DNA of 64,000 nucleotides from Calditrichaceae bacterium (GTDB lineage: Bacteria; Calditrichota; Calditrichia; Calditrichales; JBFXGD01). The notes under the pieces are model-generated. The model was given only the letters and a program-made list of their open reading frames with translations, did not search any database and was not told the origin of the DNA. The DNA lies in NCBI GenBank assembly GCA_050173015.1, contig JBFXLE010000015.1, positions 31,463 through 95,462 of the forward strand, read 5' to 3'. The position numbers were made by a program, and so were the translations under genes. Within the stretch, counting starts at the first letter, position 1, and each line of letters opens with the position of its first letter. Below are positions 28,281 to 39,827 of this stretch, in pieces.

Positions 28281-28886
28281 TTAACCCATATTAGCGGTAT
28301 AGGAGCCAAAATATTCTTTCAGCCCTTCCTGATCCGCCTTCATTGATTCTTTGCCTTCTTCCCAGTTCGCCGGACAAACCTCACCATATTCTTCAGTAAA
28401 TTGAAGAGCGTCCACCATACGGATCATTTCATGAATATTACGTCCAAGAGGCAGATTGTTGATGACAGCGTGCTGCAAAACACCTTCCCTGTCAATCAGG
28501 AAAGATCCGCGTAACGCAACTCCCTCCTCTTCTAACAGAACCCCGTAATCGCGGGAAATTGTTTTTGCGAAATCTGATACGAGCGGATAGCGAATATCGC
28601 CTATTCCGCCAATCTTCACATCCTGATTTTTCCAGGCCAGGTGGCTGAAATGTGAATCTGTTGACACGCCGATGACCTGAACACCACGTTTTTCAAATTC
28701 TGATAATTGTTTGTTAAACTCTAGAATTTCCGTTGGGCATACAAATGTGAAATCCAGCGGCCAGAAAAACAAAACTACATGTTTTCCACGGTAATCTTCA
28801 AGTTTGAAATTTTCGTTAAACGAATTATCCGGCATAACAGCTGTTGCTTCAAATACCGGTGCGGTTTTACTAACCATTGCAGGCAT
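28281..28886 (-). CDS. ahpC: 2-Cys peroxiredoxin (AhpC/Tsa)
   Basis: DFTFVCPTE and GEVCPANW. Confidence 0.95.
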   Translation of the reverse strand: MPAMVSKTAPVFEATAVMPDNSFNENFKLEDYRGKHVVLFFWPLDFTFVCPTEILEFNKQLSEFEKRGVQVIGVSTDSHFSHLAWKNQDVKIGGIGDIRYPLVSDFAKTISRDYGVLLEEEGVALRGSFLIDREGVLQHAVINNLPLGRNIHEMIRMVDALQFTEEYGEVCPANWEEGKESMKADQEGLKEYFGSYTANMG

Positions 28887-28986
28887 CTCAAGATACTCCT
28901 TATGTTTATTTAGTTCAGTTAATCAGTTATTGTCTATATCCCGAACCCGGACCCGGACACCTGAATGCAACGATTAAATCCTTCAA

Positions 28987-30381
28987 TTACATATGAACAG
29001 CTTCACCATCGGCGTCCCCCGCTGCTTCCATAATCATTTCTGAAAGTGTAGGATGCGCGTGCATGGTTTTGCTCAATTCGACCGGAGTCGCCTCCAGTGC
29101 CTTCGCCATTCCGAGTTCGGCAATTAATTCTGTGGCTTCCGTGCCTATAATATGAGCACCCAGAAGCTCACCGTATTTTTTATCAAATATTAGTTTTACC
29201 ATCCCCTCCCGGGCGCCTATGGCGCGCGCTTTTCCGGAAGCGGAGTATGGGAATCGGCCGATTTTTAATTCAAAACCGGCTTCTTTCGCTTTTTCTTCCG
29301 TCATACCGATACTGGCAACCTGTGGCTGACAATAGGTACAACCGGGCACACTGTTATAATCAACTTTATGCGGATTTTTACCAGCGATTTTTTCGACACA
29401 AACCATTCCCTCATGCGAGGCAACATGGGCCAGCAAAGGCGGACCGATAATATCACCGATGGCGTACACACCCTTGACGCTTGTTTCATACCACTCGTTT
29501 ACCTTGATAAAACCGCGTTCCTGTTTCACACCGGCCGCATCCAGATTCAGATTTTCAATATTTCCCTGAATACCGATGGCCATGAGCGCTTTATCTGCTT
29601 TCAGCACTTCCTTTTTACCATCAGCGGAAATGGTAACTTCTACACCCTTCGCCGATTTTTTTAATGATTCGACCTTCGTTGATAAGTGCGTTTTTATTCC
29701 GCTTTTCTTAAATGATTTCTCAAGAATGGTAGTTATTTCTTTGTCTTCGATCGGAAGAAGACTGTCAAGCATTTCTACGACTGTTACCTTCGTTCCGATG
29801 GTGTTGTAGAAATAGGCAAACTCAACCCCGATTGCCCCCGCCCCTATAACCACAAGTGACTCGGGCTGCTTATCCAGTGACATGGCTTCGCGGCTGCTGA
29901 TGACCTTGTCCCCGTCGATTTCAACACCGGGAATGGTTCTTGGACGTCCGCCGGTAGCGATGATGACATTTTTGGCGCCGACTTCGGTTTTATTGCCATC
30001 CTTATCGGTAACCTCGACCAAACCTGCTTTCTTTAGCTTACCTGTGCCGTATATGACATCAATTTTGTTCTTCTTCATCAGGAATTCGACACCCTTTGAA
30101 TTGGTATCGGCAACCCTTCGGCTGCGTTTTATCACCGCCGGGAAATCGACGGATACATTATCCACTTTAAATCCGTGATCCTTCGCGTGTGTAATCTCTT
30201 CATACACTTCCGCGCTTTTCAACAAGGCCTTTGTCGGGATACATCCCCAGTTAAGACAAATTCCGCCCAGCTTATCCCTCTCAATCAGAGCTGTTTTCAA
30301 ATTTAACTGAGCCGCCCGGATTGCCGTAACATATCCGCCCGGACCCGAACCTATTATCAATACATCATATTGCTGTGCCAT
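28987..30381 (-). CDS. lpdA: Dihydrolipoyl dehydrogenase
   Basis: GSGPGG, GGICLNWGCIP, GAGAIG and HPTLSE. Confidence 0.95.
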   Translation of the reverse strand: MAQQYDVLIIGSGPGGYVTAIRAAQLNLKTALIERDKLGGICLNWGCIPTKALLKSAEVYEEITHAKDHGFKVDNVSVDFPAVIKRSRRVADTNSKGVEFLMKKNKIDVIYGTGKLKKAGLVEVTDKDGNKTEVGAKNVIIATGGRPRTIPGVEIDGDKVISSREAMSLDKQPESLVVIGAGAIGVEFAYFYNTIGTKVTVVEMLDSLLPIEDKEITTILEKSFKKSGIKTHLSTKVESLKKSAKGVEVTISADGKKEVLKADKALMAIGIQGNIENLNLDAAGVKQERGFIKVNEWYETSVKGVYAIGDIIGPPLLAHVASHEGMVCVEKIAGKNPHKVDYNSVPGCTYCQPQVASIGMTEEKAKEAGFELKIGRFPYSASGKARAIGAREGMVKLIFDKKYGELLGAHIIGTEATELIAELGMAKALEATPVELSKTMHAHPTLSEMIMEAAGDADGEAVHM

Positions 30382-30679
30382 ACTCTCTCCTGCTAATTGA
30401 TTCACATTTTATCAATACACACAAGCCATTTGTTTATGGTTAGTTTGGATTAAAATAGATTGATGTACGATAAATGTCAAGCGTAAGTTCCGGGAGTGTT
30501 GAAGGCAGTTTAGCACTGATACATCCTTGTGTTAATGGTGTTGATTTTTTCGAAACGCAAATATTATATTAATATTCCCTTTCATCGGAAAACTATGTAT
30601 TTTTTTTATAATACAGGATTAAAAATGGGTTTCCGCCGCTTTTATATTATCTGATTTTCAAACCAGCGGAAAGGTTATT

Positions 30680-31213
30680 ATGAATTTACTTAAAAATAGA
30701 AGAATCTTAATGTTTGCGGATGATTTGTATGAAGATCTTGAGCTCTGGTATCCAAAATTACGATTCATCGAGGAAGGCGCCGATGTTGTGGTGGCAGGGC
30801 CGCGGGCCGGAAAAATGTACAGCGGGAAACACGGTTATCCATGCAAAGCAGACGCTTCAATTGACGAAATAAATGAATCTGATTTTGACGCTCTTGTTAT
30901 CCCCGGCGGATTCGCGCCCGACAAACTGCGACGGATTGAAAAAGTTAAAGAATTAACCCGCGCTTTCCACAATCACGGAAAACCGGTTGCCCATATTTGC
31001 CACGGCGGATGGATTCCAATTTCCGCCGGAATCATGAAAGGATTTAAATGCACCTCCACACCGGGAATAAAAGATGATCTTGTGAATGCCGGTGCCGAAT
31101 GGGTCGATGAAGCGGTTGTTACCGATCGCAATATGGTTTCCAGCCGCAGACCCGATGACCTGCCGGAATTCTGCAAATCAATCATACAACTTATGAAAGT
31201 GTCATCTGAATAG
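30680..31213 (+). CDS. PfpI/DJ-1 family protein
   Basis: YEDLEL, PGGFAPD, ICHG and SSRRPDDL. Confidence 0.9.
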   Translation: MNLLKNRRILMFADDLYEDLELWYPKLRFIEEGADVVVAGPRAGKMYSGKHGYPCKADASIDEINESDFDALVIPGGFAPDKLRRIEKVKELTRAFHNHGKPVAHICHGGWIPISAGIMKGFKCTSTPGIKDDLVNAGAEWVDEAVVTDRNMVSSRRPDDLPEFCKSIIQLMKVSSE

Positions 31214-31224
31214 ACGGATTAAAA

Positions 31225-31815
31225 ATGGCCAAAAAAAAATCACTAAAGCAAAATAGTTTTGAATGGGCGCTCATTTTAGGCATACCTGCTGTTCTGTATC
31301 TGACCGGACTTCATACAGAAGTGATCGGCAGGATTCAGCAAGGCTTGTTGTATACTGGATTGATCCGGCCTGAAATTTCCTTGCCGGAGGACAAACAGGT
31401 AAGCGCGGATTATGATCTCAGCTTACTCTCTCTTGACGGAAATATGATTCATCTTTCTGATTATAAGGGGAAAGTCATTTTTTTAAATTTATGGGCAAGC
31501 TGGTGTCCGCCCTGCATCGCCGAAATGCCGAACATCCATGATTTATATAAAAAAACAGATAATGAAGACGTTGTTTTTTTTATGGTTTCTCTTGATGACA
31601 CGGCCGAAAAAGCCTCTGAATTTATAAAAAAATACGGATATACTTTTCCTGTATATCTTCCTGCGGGATCTATTCCCGATGTGTTCCGTTCACCGACGAT
31701 TCCCACTACCTTTATTATTAGCCCGGAAGGCAAAATTGTCAGTAAACGAGAGGGTATGGCTCAGTATGATACGCCGGCTTTCCGGAGTTTTCTGAAAGGA
31801 TTGGCCACCCGTTAA
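31225..31815 (+). CDS. TlpA-family thiol:disulfide oxidoreductase
   Basis: N-terminal TM helix; NLWASWCPPCIAEMP; IPTT. Confidence 0.9.
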   Translation: MAKKKSLKQNSFEWALILGIPAVLYLTGLHTEVIGRIQQGLLYTGLIRPEISLPEDKQVSADYDLSLLSLDGNMIHLSDYKGKVIFLNLWASWCPPCIAEMPNIHDLYKKTDNEDVVFFMVSLDDTAEKASEFIKKYGYTFPVYLPAGSIPDVFRSPTIPTTFIISPEGKIVSKREGMAQYDTPAFRSFLKGLATR

Positions 31816-31988
31816 TCCAGGCATACTTTAATCGTTGAGTTTCGTACGCCGTTTTACATGGAAGAAAAAGGTCGAAGACCGGCCGCTGATGCCGGAATTT
31901 TTTAATCTGTAAACCTGTTTTCCGAAATAATGAAAATAAAGTATAGGATTTTTTATAACCGTTATGAACAGTAAAGAGAGGGTCTATC

Positions 31989-32393
31989 ATGAGTGAAGCA
32001 GCCAAAGCGGAAGTCGGTATGATTGCATGGACCGACCTTACCGTAAAGAATGCCGAGAAGGTGAGAGATTTTTACAGCCAGGTTGTCGGCTGGAGTCCAT
32101 CGGCCGTTCCAATGAACGGATATGAGGATTTTACCATGAACACTCCCGAAAGCGGGATAACAACCGCCGGTATTTGCCATGCCCGGGGAGTTAACGCCAA
32201 TCTGCCGCCGCAGTGGCTTATCTACATTACCGTTGAAAATGTGGATAAAAGCGCCGCATATTGTACTCAATTAGGGGGTAAAATAATAGCGGAACCCAAA
32301 AATATGGGAGGACACGGGCGTTTCTGTGTTATTCAGGATCCCGCCGGCGCTGTTTGCGCCCTTTTCTCACCGGCGATCGTGGAAACTTACTAA
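31989..32393 (+). CDS. VOC/glyoxalase family protein
   Basis: WTDLTV..FYSQVVGW, WLIYITV and QDPAGA. Confidence 0.85.
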   Translation: MSEAAKAEVGMIAWTDLTVKNAEKVRDFYSQVVGWSPSAVPMNGYEDFTMNTPESGITTAGICHARGVNANLPPQWLIYITVENVDKSAAYCTQLGGKIIAEPKNMGGHGRFCVIQDPAGAVCALFSPAIVETY

Positions 32394-32430
32394 TCAACAT
32401 CGATTAAAACATAGGGACAGGAATTTTACG

Positions 32431-33135
32431 ATGAATCAGAAATCCGCATATATTATCAGCGCTGCTTTGGTCATAGCATCATTAATTCTCGGAATCTTTT
32501 TTTATTCAGCCAGGACCGGCAGTGATACCATTCGCGTGACCGGCTATGCCACCGAAGATTTTGAGGCTGATATCGTTAAATGGAATTTTAAACTGAGCGC
32601 CACCGTTTCGCTCGAGCGGTTAACTCAAGGCTATGATGAGATGAGACAAAAACTTGATGTTTTCAGAAAGATCTGGGACCCTAAAAACATACAGGTTGAT
32701 GAATTTAATATTCAGCCGGTCCAGGTTCAGAAACAGTACGGCGAATACGGGAAGATCACCGGTAATATTCTTCAACAGGATATTTATATCGTCTCAAAAG
32801 AAATTGAAAGCATTGAAAAGATTGCGATCAATCCTGCCGAGTTCACACAGAATAATCTTGCCTTTGAATATTCACAGATCGAATATTTTTCAACCCGTCT
32901 TCCTGAATTAAAGAAACAGCTCCTGTCCATGGCGATGGTAAACGCGCGTGAAAGGGCGGATGAAATTGTAAGCGCCGCGGATGGCAGCATAGAGAAACTC
33001 CGTTCCGCCTACTCCGGTGTTTTTCAAATCACCGAACCATTCTCAACCGAAATTTCAGGATACGGTATGTATAATACTTCCTCCAGGAAAAAATCGATTA
33101 AGGTCACGGTTACCGCGACCTTTGCGGTGAAATGA
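32431..33135 (+). CDS. SIMPL (DUF541) domain protein
   Basis: N-terminal TM helix; IRVTG; A...ARERA; GVFQIT; VTVTATF. Confidence 0.8.
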   Translation: MNQKSAYIISAALVIASLILGIFFYSARTGSDTIRVTGYATEDFEADIVKWNFKLSATVSLERLTQGYDEMRQKLDVFRKIWDPKNIQVDEFNIQPVQVQKQYGEYGKITGNILQQDIYIVSKEIESIEKIAINPAEFTQNNLAFEYSQIEYFSTRLPELKKQLLSMAMVNARERADEIVSAADGSIEKLRSAYSGVFQITEPFSTEISGYGMYNTSSRKKSIKVTVTATFAVK

Positions 33136-33453
33136 TCTATGCGTTCCATGATTTATAGTTTATAAAATCTACAATAAAAATACCTCGCGGAGGATGATTA
33201 AATTTTTTGTTGATTGGATAAACACTCATTCTTCTTCGCGTCAAGTGCCACGATGAAAATGGTAAACTTGACCAGAAATAAGAAGTAGTCTAATAAATAC
33301 CCGCGTCCTTTGCGATTATAAACCGGAAATATACAAACTAATACCATGCCGTTACTTTATGCCCGCCAAAATTTGTTTTTCTTTACTTGAAATTTTTCTT
33401 CATTAAGTGTATTATCATTATAATAAACCCCCATTTTGAAGGAGTATTCGATC

Positions 33454-34002
33454 ATGGCTAATCAAAATCTCCGCCTGAGCGAAGAGACGGTATTAAACAA
33501 GACGGGAAAAACATGGGATGAATGGTTTCATATTCTTGATTCCGCTGAGGCGGACAGTATGGACCATAAAGACATCGCCGCGTATTTGAACAGTTATCAT
33601 GAGGTGGGACCCTGGTGGGCGCAAATGCTAACGGTGACCTATGAACAGGCGCGGGGAATACGCAAACCACATGAGAAACCGGACGGATTTGAAATAAGCA
33701 AGAGCAAAACGATTAACGCTCCGCCGGAAAAATTGTTCGATGCATGGAATAATCCTGAATTACGATCTCAATGGCTTTCCGGAACATCTCCCGAAATAAG
33801 AACGGCAAACCCGTACTCAACACTGCGGTTTCAATGGATTGACCGGAAGAGCATCGTTTCGGTAAATTTATATCCGCGGAAAAATGGAAAATGTCAGGTT
33901 GTCGTACAGCATAGTAAGCTAAGAAATTCCGACGAAGCCAAAAAAATGAAAGATTTCTGGTCAGAGCGACTGGAGGATCTGAAAAAACTTACGCAGGAAT
34001 AA
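33454..34002 (+). CDS. Conserved hypothetical protein with C-terminal SRPBCC/AHSA1-like domain
   Basis: KTGKTWDEW...WWAQMLTVTYEQARG N-domain, then SKTINAPPEKLFDAW. Confidence 0.65.
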   Translation: MANQNLRLSEETVLNKTGKTWDEWFHILDSAEADSMDHKDIAAYLNSYHEVGPWWAQMLTVTYEQARGIRKPHEKPDGFEISKSKTINAPPEKLFDAWNNPELRSQWLSGTSPEIRTANPYSTLRFQWIDRKSIVSVNLYPRKNGKCQVVVQHSKLRNSDEAKKMKDFWSERLEDLKKLTQE

Positions 34003-34162
34003 TTTTTTCCACTAAATTAACGGCTCATCATAGATATGTGATTATGAGAAAACATGTTTGAGTAAAGATGTCATTATAGATTTAGACCCTGCTCGATTGA
34101 TTGCCAACGGAGATATGCCGGTTTTGTTTTACGCGAATATTTAGCGGTAGGATTATAAAATT

Positions 34163-34648
34163 TTGGAGGCTCAAACAGTGAATTTTTATTTACTCATAAT
34201 ATTTTCTCTCGCCATATCCACCCCGGGTTTCAGCCAGCAGAAAGTTGATACCGGCCTCAGCGGACTGGAGTGGGTTTTAGGTGAGTGGGGATCGGATAAC
34301 GGTAAATCTGTTACAAGAGAGACCTGGAAGAAAGTAAGCTCCAAAACTTTTGAAGGTGAGGGTTTTACAGAAAAGAAGAGTACGCGTGAGATTTTAAACT
34401 TCGAGACTTTAAGATTAGCAGCCTTGTCAAATGAAATTTTCTATATCGCTGACGTATCCCATAATGAGTTTCCTGTTGCTTTTAAACTAACAGAGTCCAA
34501 CGACAGCCTGGCGGTATTCGAAAACAAAACACATGATTTTCCAAAAAAAATTGAATATCATTTGATAAACAGGGATAGCATGAATGTAACCGTGAGTGGT
34601 GGAGACAAAGGATTTATTATCAATTTCAGACGAGTAAATGACCTTTAA
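34163..34648 (+). CDS. Exported protein, DUF6265-like
   Basis: Signal peptide; LEWVLGEW...ETW...FENKTHDFPKKIEY. Confidence 0.65.
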   Translation: MEAQTVNFYLLIIFSLAISTPGFSQQKVDTGLSGLEWVLGEWGSDNGKSVTRETWKKVSSKTFEGEGFTEKKSTREILNFETLRLAALSNEIFYIADVSHNEFPVAFKLTESNDSLAVFENKTHDFPKKIEYHLINRDSMNVTVSGGDKGFIINFRRVNDL

Positions 34649-34796
34649 TAATATGCATTTGAGATTTCCGGATCATACTTTTGTTCCGCAAATGATGCCA
34701 GCCTCAGAAGAAATTTTTTGAAATCCTACATTTTATAATGTAAGTTAATCGACTAAATTTTAAGGATATTTACCGTTTTTTTCTCATTGTGCAAGG

Positions 34797-37700
34797 ATGC
34801 CGGGTAATTATTACGGGGGACCGGCTTTGAAGAATAATGTCAAAACCAAAAATCTATACAAAAGAGATATAAACTCAGCTCACTCCGGATCCGGACAGCC
34901 GGACTCAAAAGACACATCGATTCAGCCCACTTTTGAATCATATCAACTTGTCAACCGCGCTCTGATTATTTTAAGTGAATTTAATCGGGTCCTAATTCAA
35001 AATCTGAAGGAAACCGAATTATTATCAGAGATTTGCAGAATACTCGTTGAAACCGGTCAATACCGTCTCGCCTGGGTCGGATACGCGGAGAACAACAAAC
35101 AGAAAAGCGTAAAACCCGCAGCGCAGTTTGGTTTCGAAGAAGGTTATCTTAATTTGATTAACATTACCTGGGCAGATACCGAAAAAGGACGAAGCCCCGC
35201 CGGATCCGCCATCCGAAATTCAAAAATCACGATTTCTCAGAATATTCTCAACGATGACCATTTCAAGCCCTGGCGCGAGCAGGCTCTGGAAAGAGGCTAT
35301 CAGTCCTCCATTGCCCTTCCACTCCTGGCCAATAATAAAGCATTTGGCGCATTGATCATTTATTCAGCCAAACCCGACGCCTTTGATGAAGATGAAGTAA
35401 ATCTCCTGGCCAGAATTACCGCGGATCTGACTTTGAGCATAAATGCCGCCCGGATCAGTGATTCCCGGCGATCCATGGAAGAGCGATTTCGTCTTCTGTT
35501 TGAAAACAATCCGCACCCTATGTGGGTGTATGATCTGGAGTCTTTAAAATTTCTTTCGGTTAATAATGCCGCCATTACGCATTATGGATATAGTCATGAT
35601 GAATTTCTCAATATGACCATAAAAGATATCCGCCCCATCGAAGATGTTCCGGCTCTGCTTGCGAACATCGAAAAGGTTACCAGCGGGATTGATGAGGCCG
35701 GTTTATGGAAGCATAAAAAGAAAGACGGTTCGTTGATTGATGTCGAAATCATCTCTCACACCACTGAATTTGATGGAAAGAGGGCGGAAGTTGTATTAGC
35801 AAATGATGTAACCAAAAGGATTCTGGCCGAATCAGAATTACGGGCATCAGAGGAACGGTTTCGTTTCATAGTCGAATCCGCTCCTAGTATTTTGATGATT
35901 ACCGATGAAAAGGGCCGTAATATATATGTCAGTCCTAATTGTAAACTGATTACGGGATATTCAGAAAAAGATTTGCTCGGAGAAATGAAATGGTGGGTTC
36001 ATGAGGATGATTCGGCTCGGAGTCAACTCATTTATGAAGAGGCGTTCAAAGAACACACCGCCGGCGCAAACTTTGAATATAAAGCATCCAGAAAGAACGG
36101 AGAAGTCTGGTATGCATCAAGCTCCTGGCAGCCGATAAAGGATGAAGTTGGTCAGTTTAAGGGAATCGTATTCCAAACGATCGATATTACTGAACGTAAA
36201 ATGGCTGAGGAAGCATATCGCAAAACCCATGAAAGTCACAGTCTTGTTCTCAACAACATCGATGAAATGATCTATCAGATTGAGCAGGATGAGTCCGATC
36301 TTGATAAAGGTAAAATAATTTTTGTCAGTCAGAAAGTTGAAAAGATTCTCGGCTACCAACCGGAAGACTTCTATAATGATTTTCAACTTTTGATTAGTAT
36401 CATGCATCCGGAAGATGTAAAAAAATTTAGAGAGGATACCCGGAATATTTATGAAGAAAAAAAGCCTCGAATTCGATATTACCGTCTCCGATTAAAAGCA
36501 AGTAAAACGTATCGACATATTGAAGACAGCGTCACTCCTCAAATTGATAAGAAAGACCGGATGATTGGGTTTTTCGGAGTTGCCCGTGATATTACAGATC
36601 GAAAAATGACGCAAGAAAAACTTCGCAAAAGTGAAGAACGATTTCGGCTCGCTTTTCGCACAAGCCCTGACGCGATATCTATTACAACATTGAACAAGGG
36701 AATATATATCGATATAAATAGAGGATTTACAACAATTACAGGTTTTACACACAAAGAGATAATTGGGAAATCATCTATTGGTAAATTGTGGGTTTCCGTT
36801 GATGATCGCAACCGGATGGCCGCCGCCCTGAAATCCCATAAATATATTGATAATCTAGAAGCAAAATTCAGGATGAAGGATGGAACGATCAAAACCGGAC
36901 TGATGTCGGCCAGGATTATTGATCTGGACGGTGAACAATGCGTTCTTTCCATTACAAGGGATATTACGGACCTCAATCAAATAAGAGATGCCCTGCGTGA
37001 GAGCGAAAAACGATATGAACTGGCCACAAGCGCGGGTAATGTTGGAGTCTGGGACTGGAATATTGTAACCGGTGAAATCTATATCGATCCGCATCTGAAA
37101 TCCATTCTTGGTTATAAAGACCATGAAATCAGCAATCGTCTCGAAGAATGGAAAAAGCTCGATTATCCGGATGATCAGCCCAATGTATTGGCCGCGGTGA
37201 ACGATCATCTTTCCGATAAATCCCGGATTTATCAGATAGCCCACAGAATGGTCCATAAAAATGGAGAGATCAGATGGTTTCTCGCCAGGGGAAATGCTCT
37301 GCGTGACGCAAAAGGAAATGCTTATCGGATGGTCGGTACCGAAACGGATATAACGGAAACCAAGAATCTCGAAGAACAGTTAATGCAGGCTCAAAAAATG
37401 GAAGCTGTCGGGAGGTTAGCCGGGGGCATCGCCCATGATTTTAACAACCTTTTAACCGTCATTAACGGCTATAGTGAGCTGCTGACATCCCGACTACGCA
37501 AGGATGATCCGATATACAGAGAAGCGTCGCAAATCAGAAATGCCGGAGAACGCGCGGCCAGATTAACCAATCAGCTCCTGGCGTTCAGCCGCAGACAAAT
37601 TTTACAACCAAAAGTTTTCGACATCAATGAATTACTGCGTGAAATGGAAAAAATGCTTGGAAGGCTGATCGGAGAAGATATAGAATTGATTACATTATTT

Positions 37701-38516
37701 CCGGATAATGTCTGTCTGATAAAAGCTGATCCGAATCAGATTGATCAGGTAATCATGAATATGGCCGTAAACGCCCGTGACGCCATGCCTGACGGGGGAA
37801 AACTGATCATTGAAACTCAGAATATTGAGATCCTTGATGACCATGTGAAACAACGCCGAATGGTGGAGCCCGGATTATATGTCAGGCTCTCATTGAGCGA
37901 TACCGGATCCGGGATGGACAAACAAACGCAAGCCCATATTTTTGAACCATTTTTTACGACAAAGGAACAGGGGAAGGGGACCGGATTAGGCCTGGCTACC
38001 GTATATGGCATCATAAAACAAAGCGGCGGATATATCTGGTTATACAGTGAGCCGGGACAAGGCACAACATTTAAAATCTACCTGCCCAGAATCGATCATG
38101 ATATGCCTGTTTTGGAAAGAAAAGAAATTCCCCACGATGATGTCGCCGGAACTGAAACCATACTTGTGGTTGAGGATGAGGAAGATGTCCGAAATCTGAT
38201 CGTCACGGCGCTTCATAAATATGGATATAAGGTTCTGGAGGCGGCGCACGGTGGAAGCGCGCTTCTAACATGTGAGCGTTTTAAGGATAGAATCGACCTG
38301 CTGCTCACCGATATGGTCATGCCGCAGATGAACGGAAAAGAATTGGTCGAGCGGCTAAAACCGCTTCATCCCGAGATGAGTGTCATTTATATGTCGGGCT
38401 ACACCGATCTTGCCGCCATCAATCATGAACTTTTGGAGGATGGTGAGTTTTTTATTCAGAAACCTTTCAGCCCCGTCTCTCTTATAAAAAAAATCAGGCA
38501 GAAATTAGATTCCTGA
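34797..38516 (+). CDS. Hybrid sensor histidine kinase/response regulator (GAF, 5 PAS, HisKA, HATPase, REC)
   Basis: AGGIAHDFNNLL, NARDAM, DTGSGM, FEPFFTTK, GTGLGL; REC ILVVEDE...TDMVMP...QKPF. Confidence 0.95.
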   Translation: MPGNYYGGPALKNNVKTKNLYKRDINSAHSGSGQPDSKDTSIQPTFESYQLVNRALIILSEFNRVLIQNLKETELLSEICRILVETGQYRLAWVGYAENNKQKSVKPAAQFGFEEGYLNLINITWADTEKGRSPAGSAIRNSKITISQNILNDDHFKPWREQALERGYQSSIALPLLANNKAFGALIIYSAKPDAFDEDEVNLLARITADLTLSINAARISDSRRSMEERFRLLFENNPHPMWVYDLESLKFLSVNNAAITHYGYSHDEFLNMTIKDIRPIEDVPALLANIEKVTSGIDEAGLWKHKKKDGSLIDVEIISHTTEFDGKRAEVVLANDVTKRILAESELRASEERFRFIVESAPSILMITDEKGRNIYVSPNCKLITGYSEKDLLGEMKWWVHEDDSARSQLIYEEAFKEHTAGANFEYKASRKNGEVWYASSSWQPIKDEVGQFKGIVFQTIDITERKMAEEAYRKTHESHSLVLNNIDEMIYQIEQDESDLDKGKIIFVSQKVEKILGYQPEDFYNDFQLLISIMHPEDVKKFREDTRNIYEEKKPRIRYYRLRLKASKTYRHIEDSVTPQIDKKDRMIGFFGVARDITDRKMTQEKLRKSEERFRLAFRTSPDAISITTLNKGIYIDINRGFTTITGFTHKEIIGKSSIGKLWVSVDDRNRMAAALKSHKYIDNLEAKFRMKDGTIKTGLMSARIIDLDGEQCVLSITRDITDLNQIRDALRESEKRYELATSAGNVGVWDWNIVTGEIYIDPHLKSILGYKDHEISNRLEEWKKLDYPDDQPNVLAAVNDHLSDKSRIYQIAHRMVHKNGEIRWFLARGNALRDAKGNAYRMVGTETDITETKNLEEQLMQAQKMEAVGRLAGGIAHDFNNLLTVINGYSELLTSRLRKDDPIYREASQIRNAGERAARLTNQLLAFSRRQILQPKVFDINELLREMEKMLGRLIGEDIELITLFPDNVCLIKADPNQIDQVIMNMAVNARDAMPDGGKLIIETQNIEILDDHVKQRRMVEPGLYVRLSLSDTGSGMDKQTQAHIFEPFFTTKEQGKGTGLGLATVYGIIKQSGGYIWLYSEPGQGTTFKIYLPRIDHDMPVLERKEIPHDDVAGTETILVVEDEEDVRNLIVTALHKYGYKVLEAAHGGSALLTCERFKDRIDLLLTDMVMPQMNGKELVERLKPLHPEMSVIYMSGYTDLAAINHELLEDGEFFIQKPFSPVSLIKKIRQKLDS

Positions 38517-38722
38517 ATTTAAGAACAGATCGGATTTTACCTGATCAATTGGATATGTTAAAACCGTCCGCGGAAAAATTTCCGGTTTTCCGAAAATGTT
38601 ATTTTTTTATCCGTTTGCGGAAAATCCTGCCGATAACATAAGACCTGCATACAATTATATTAGATCATTTCCACTGTGTTTCTTATATTATTCCGAAATA
38701 CTCAAATCAGAACGGATGCGGA

Positions 38723-39544
38723 ATGGATCATAATAATTCTATTGTGAAAGAGGATTTTGACATCACCATATCAGGCCGTCCTGTTCGTGTCAGAAAAATC
38801 ACGGCCCCGGAACACCCGCGCGGAGAGAACCACCCTGTTCTCGTTTTTCTTCATGAAGGGCTTGGCTGCATTGATATGTGGCGCGATTTTCCCGAAAAAC
38901 TTGTTATGGCAACCGGGCGTGACGCCTTAATATATGACCGTTTCGGGCATGGGTATTCCGCCAGGCTTAATCATGTCAGAACCGTTCGGTACCTTGAAGA
39001 TGAAGCCCTGTTGATTTTGCCGGAGATACTGGATGCTTGCGGCGTGGACAATAGTATTCTCATCGGTCATAGTGACGGCGGATCAATCGCTCTGATATTT
39101 GCATCCAAACATCCTGAAAAAGTAAAAGGCCTGATCACTGAGGCCGCGCATGTGTTTGTTGAAGAAATTACGATTAAAGGGATTGAAAAAACCGTACAGC
39201 TTTATAATTCATCCAATCTTAAAAAGAAGTTAACCCGGTATCACGGAGAAAAAACAGAAGATCTGTTTAATGCATGGGCAAACATCTGGCTCTCCGATGA
39301 TTTTCTTTCCTGGAATATTGAATCTTATTTGGCGCGCGTTATCAGTCCGTCGTTGATTATTCAGGGTCGGAATGATGAATACGGAACAATCCGGCAGGTC
39401 GATGCCATAACAAGTCAGCTCTCCGGGCCTGCCGAACCCTACATCGTTCCCGGTTGCGGTCACTCGCCTCATTATCAATCGAAAGAGATGGTTCTTGAAA
39501 AAATGATCCAATTTATTCACAGGGCGATAAATTCAGAAACTTAA
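38723..39544 (+). CDS. Alpha/beta hydrolase
   Basis: FLHEGLG, GHSDGG nucleophile motif, DEYG and GHSPH. Confidence 0.9.
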   Translation: MDHNNSIVKEDFDITISGRPVRVRKITAPEHPRGENHPVLVFLHEGLGCIDMWRDFPEKLVMATGRDALIYDRFGHGYSARLNHVRTVRYLEDEALLILPEILDACGVDNSILIGHSDGGSIALIFASKHPEKVKGLITEAAHVFVEEITIKGIEKTVQLYNSSNLKKKLTRYHGEKTEDLFNAWANIWLSDDFLSWNIESYLARVISPSLIIQGRNDEYGTIRQVDAITSQLSGPAEPYIVPGCGHSPHYQSKEMVLEKMIQFIHRAINSET

Positions 39545-39827
39545 TATCAAAAACAACCTGCCACAGAGTATTTTTTGTTACTTTCGTCACATACACACTT
39601 TTTAAAATTACGTATTGTATTGTGAAATATTTTATTAGGAACAGATAAGAGAGGATTTATATTCAGTCCATGCAATTAAAATAATGTTTATTTTATAATA
39701 TCCGAATATAATATTACGTGGAATTCATCTCAAAGATTTAATAGAATAAGATCAGATAGGCTGGTGATCGGAAAGATAATAGTTTTAATTCACTCATAAT
39801 AAATACAACTAATCTCAGGAGCTCTTC

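Noticed and set aside
1195-38516. Other TGA-ending genes (e.g. at 1197, 14996, 18145, 23097, 33135, 38516) as selenoproteins or evidence of UGA recoding
   Set aside because: The proteins are complete at those stops by family length, and I saw no in-frame continuation with a comparable hairpin.
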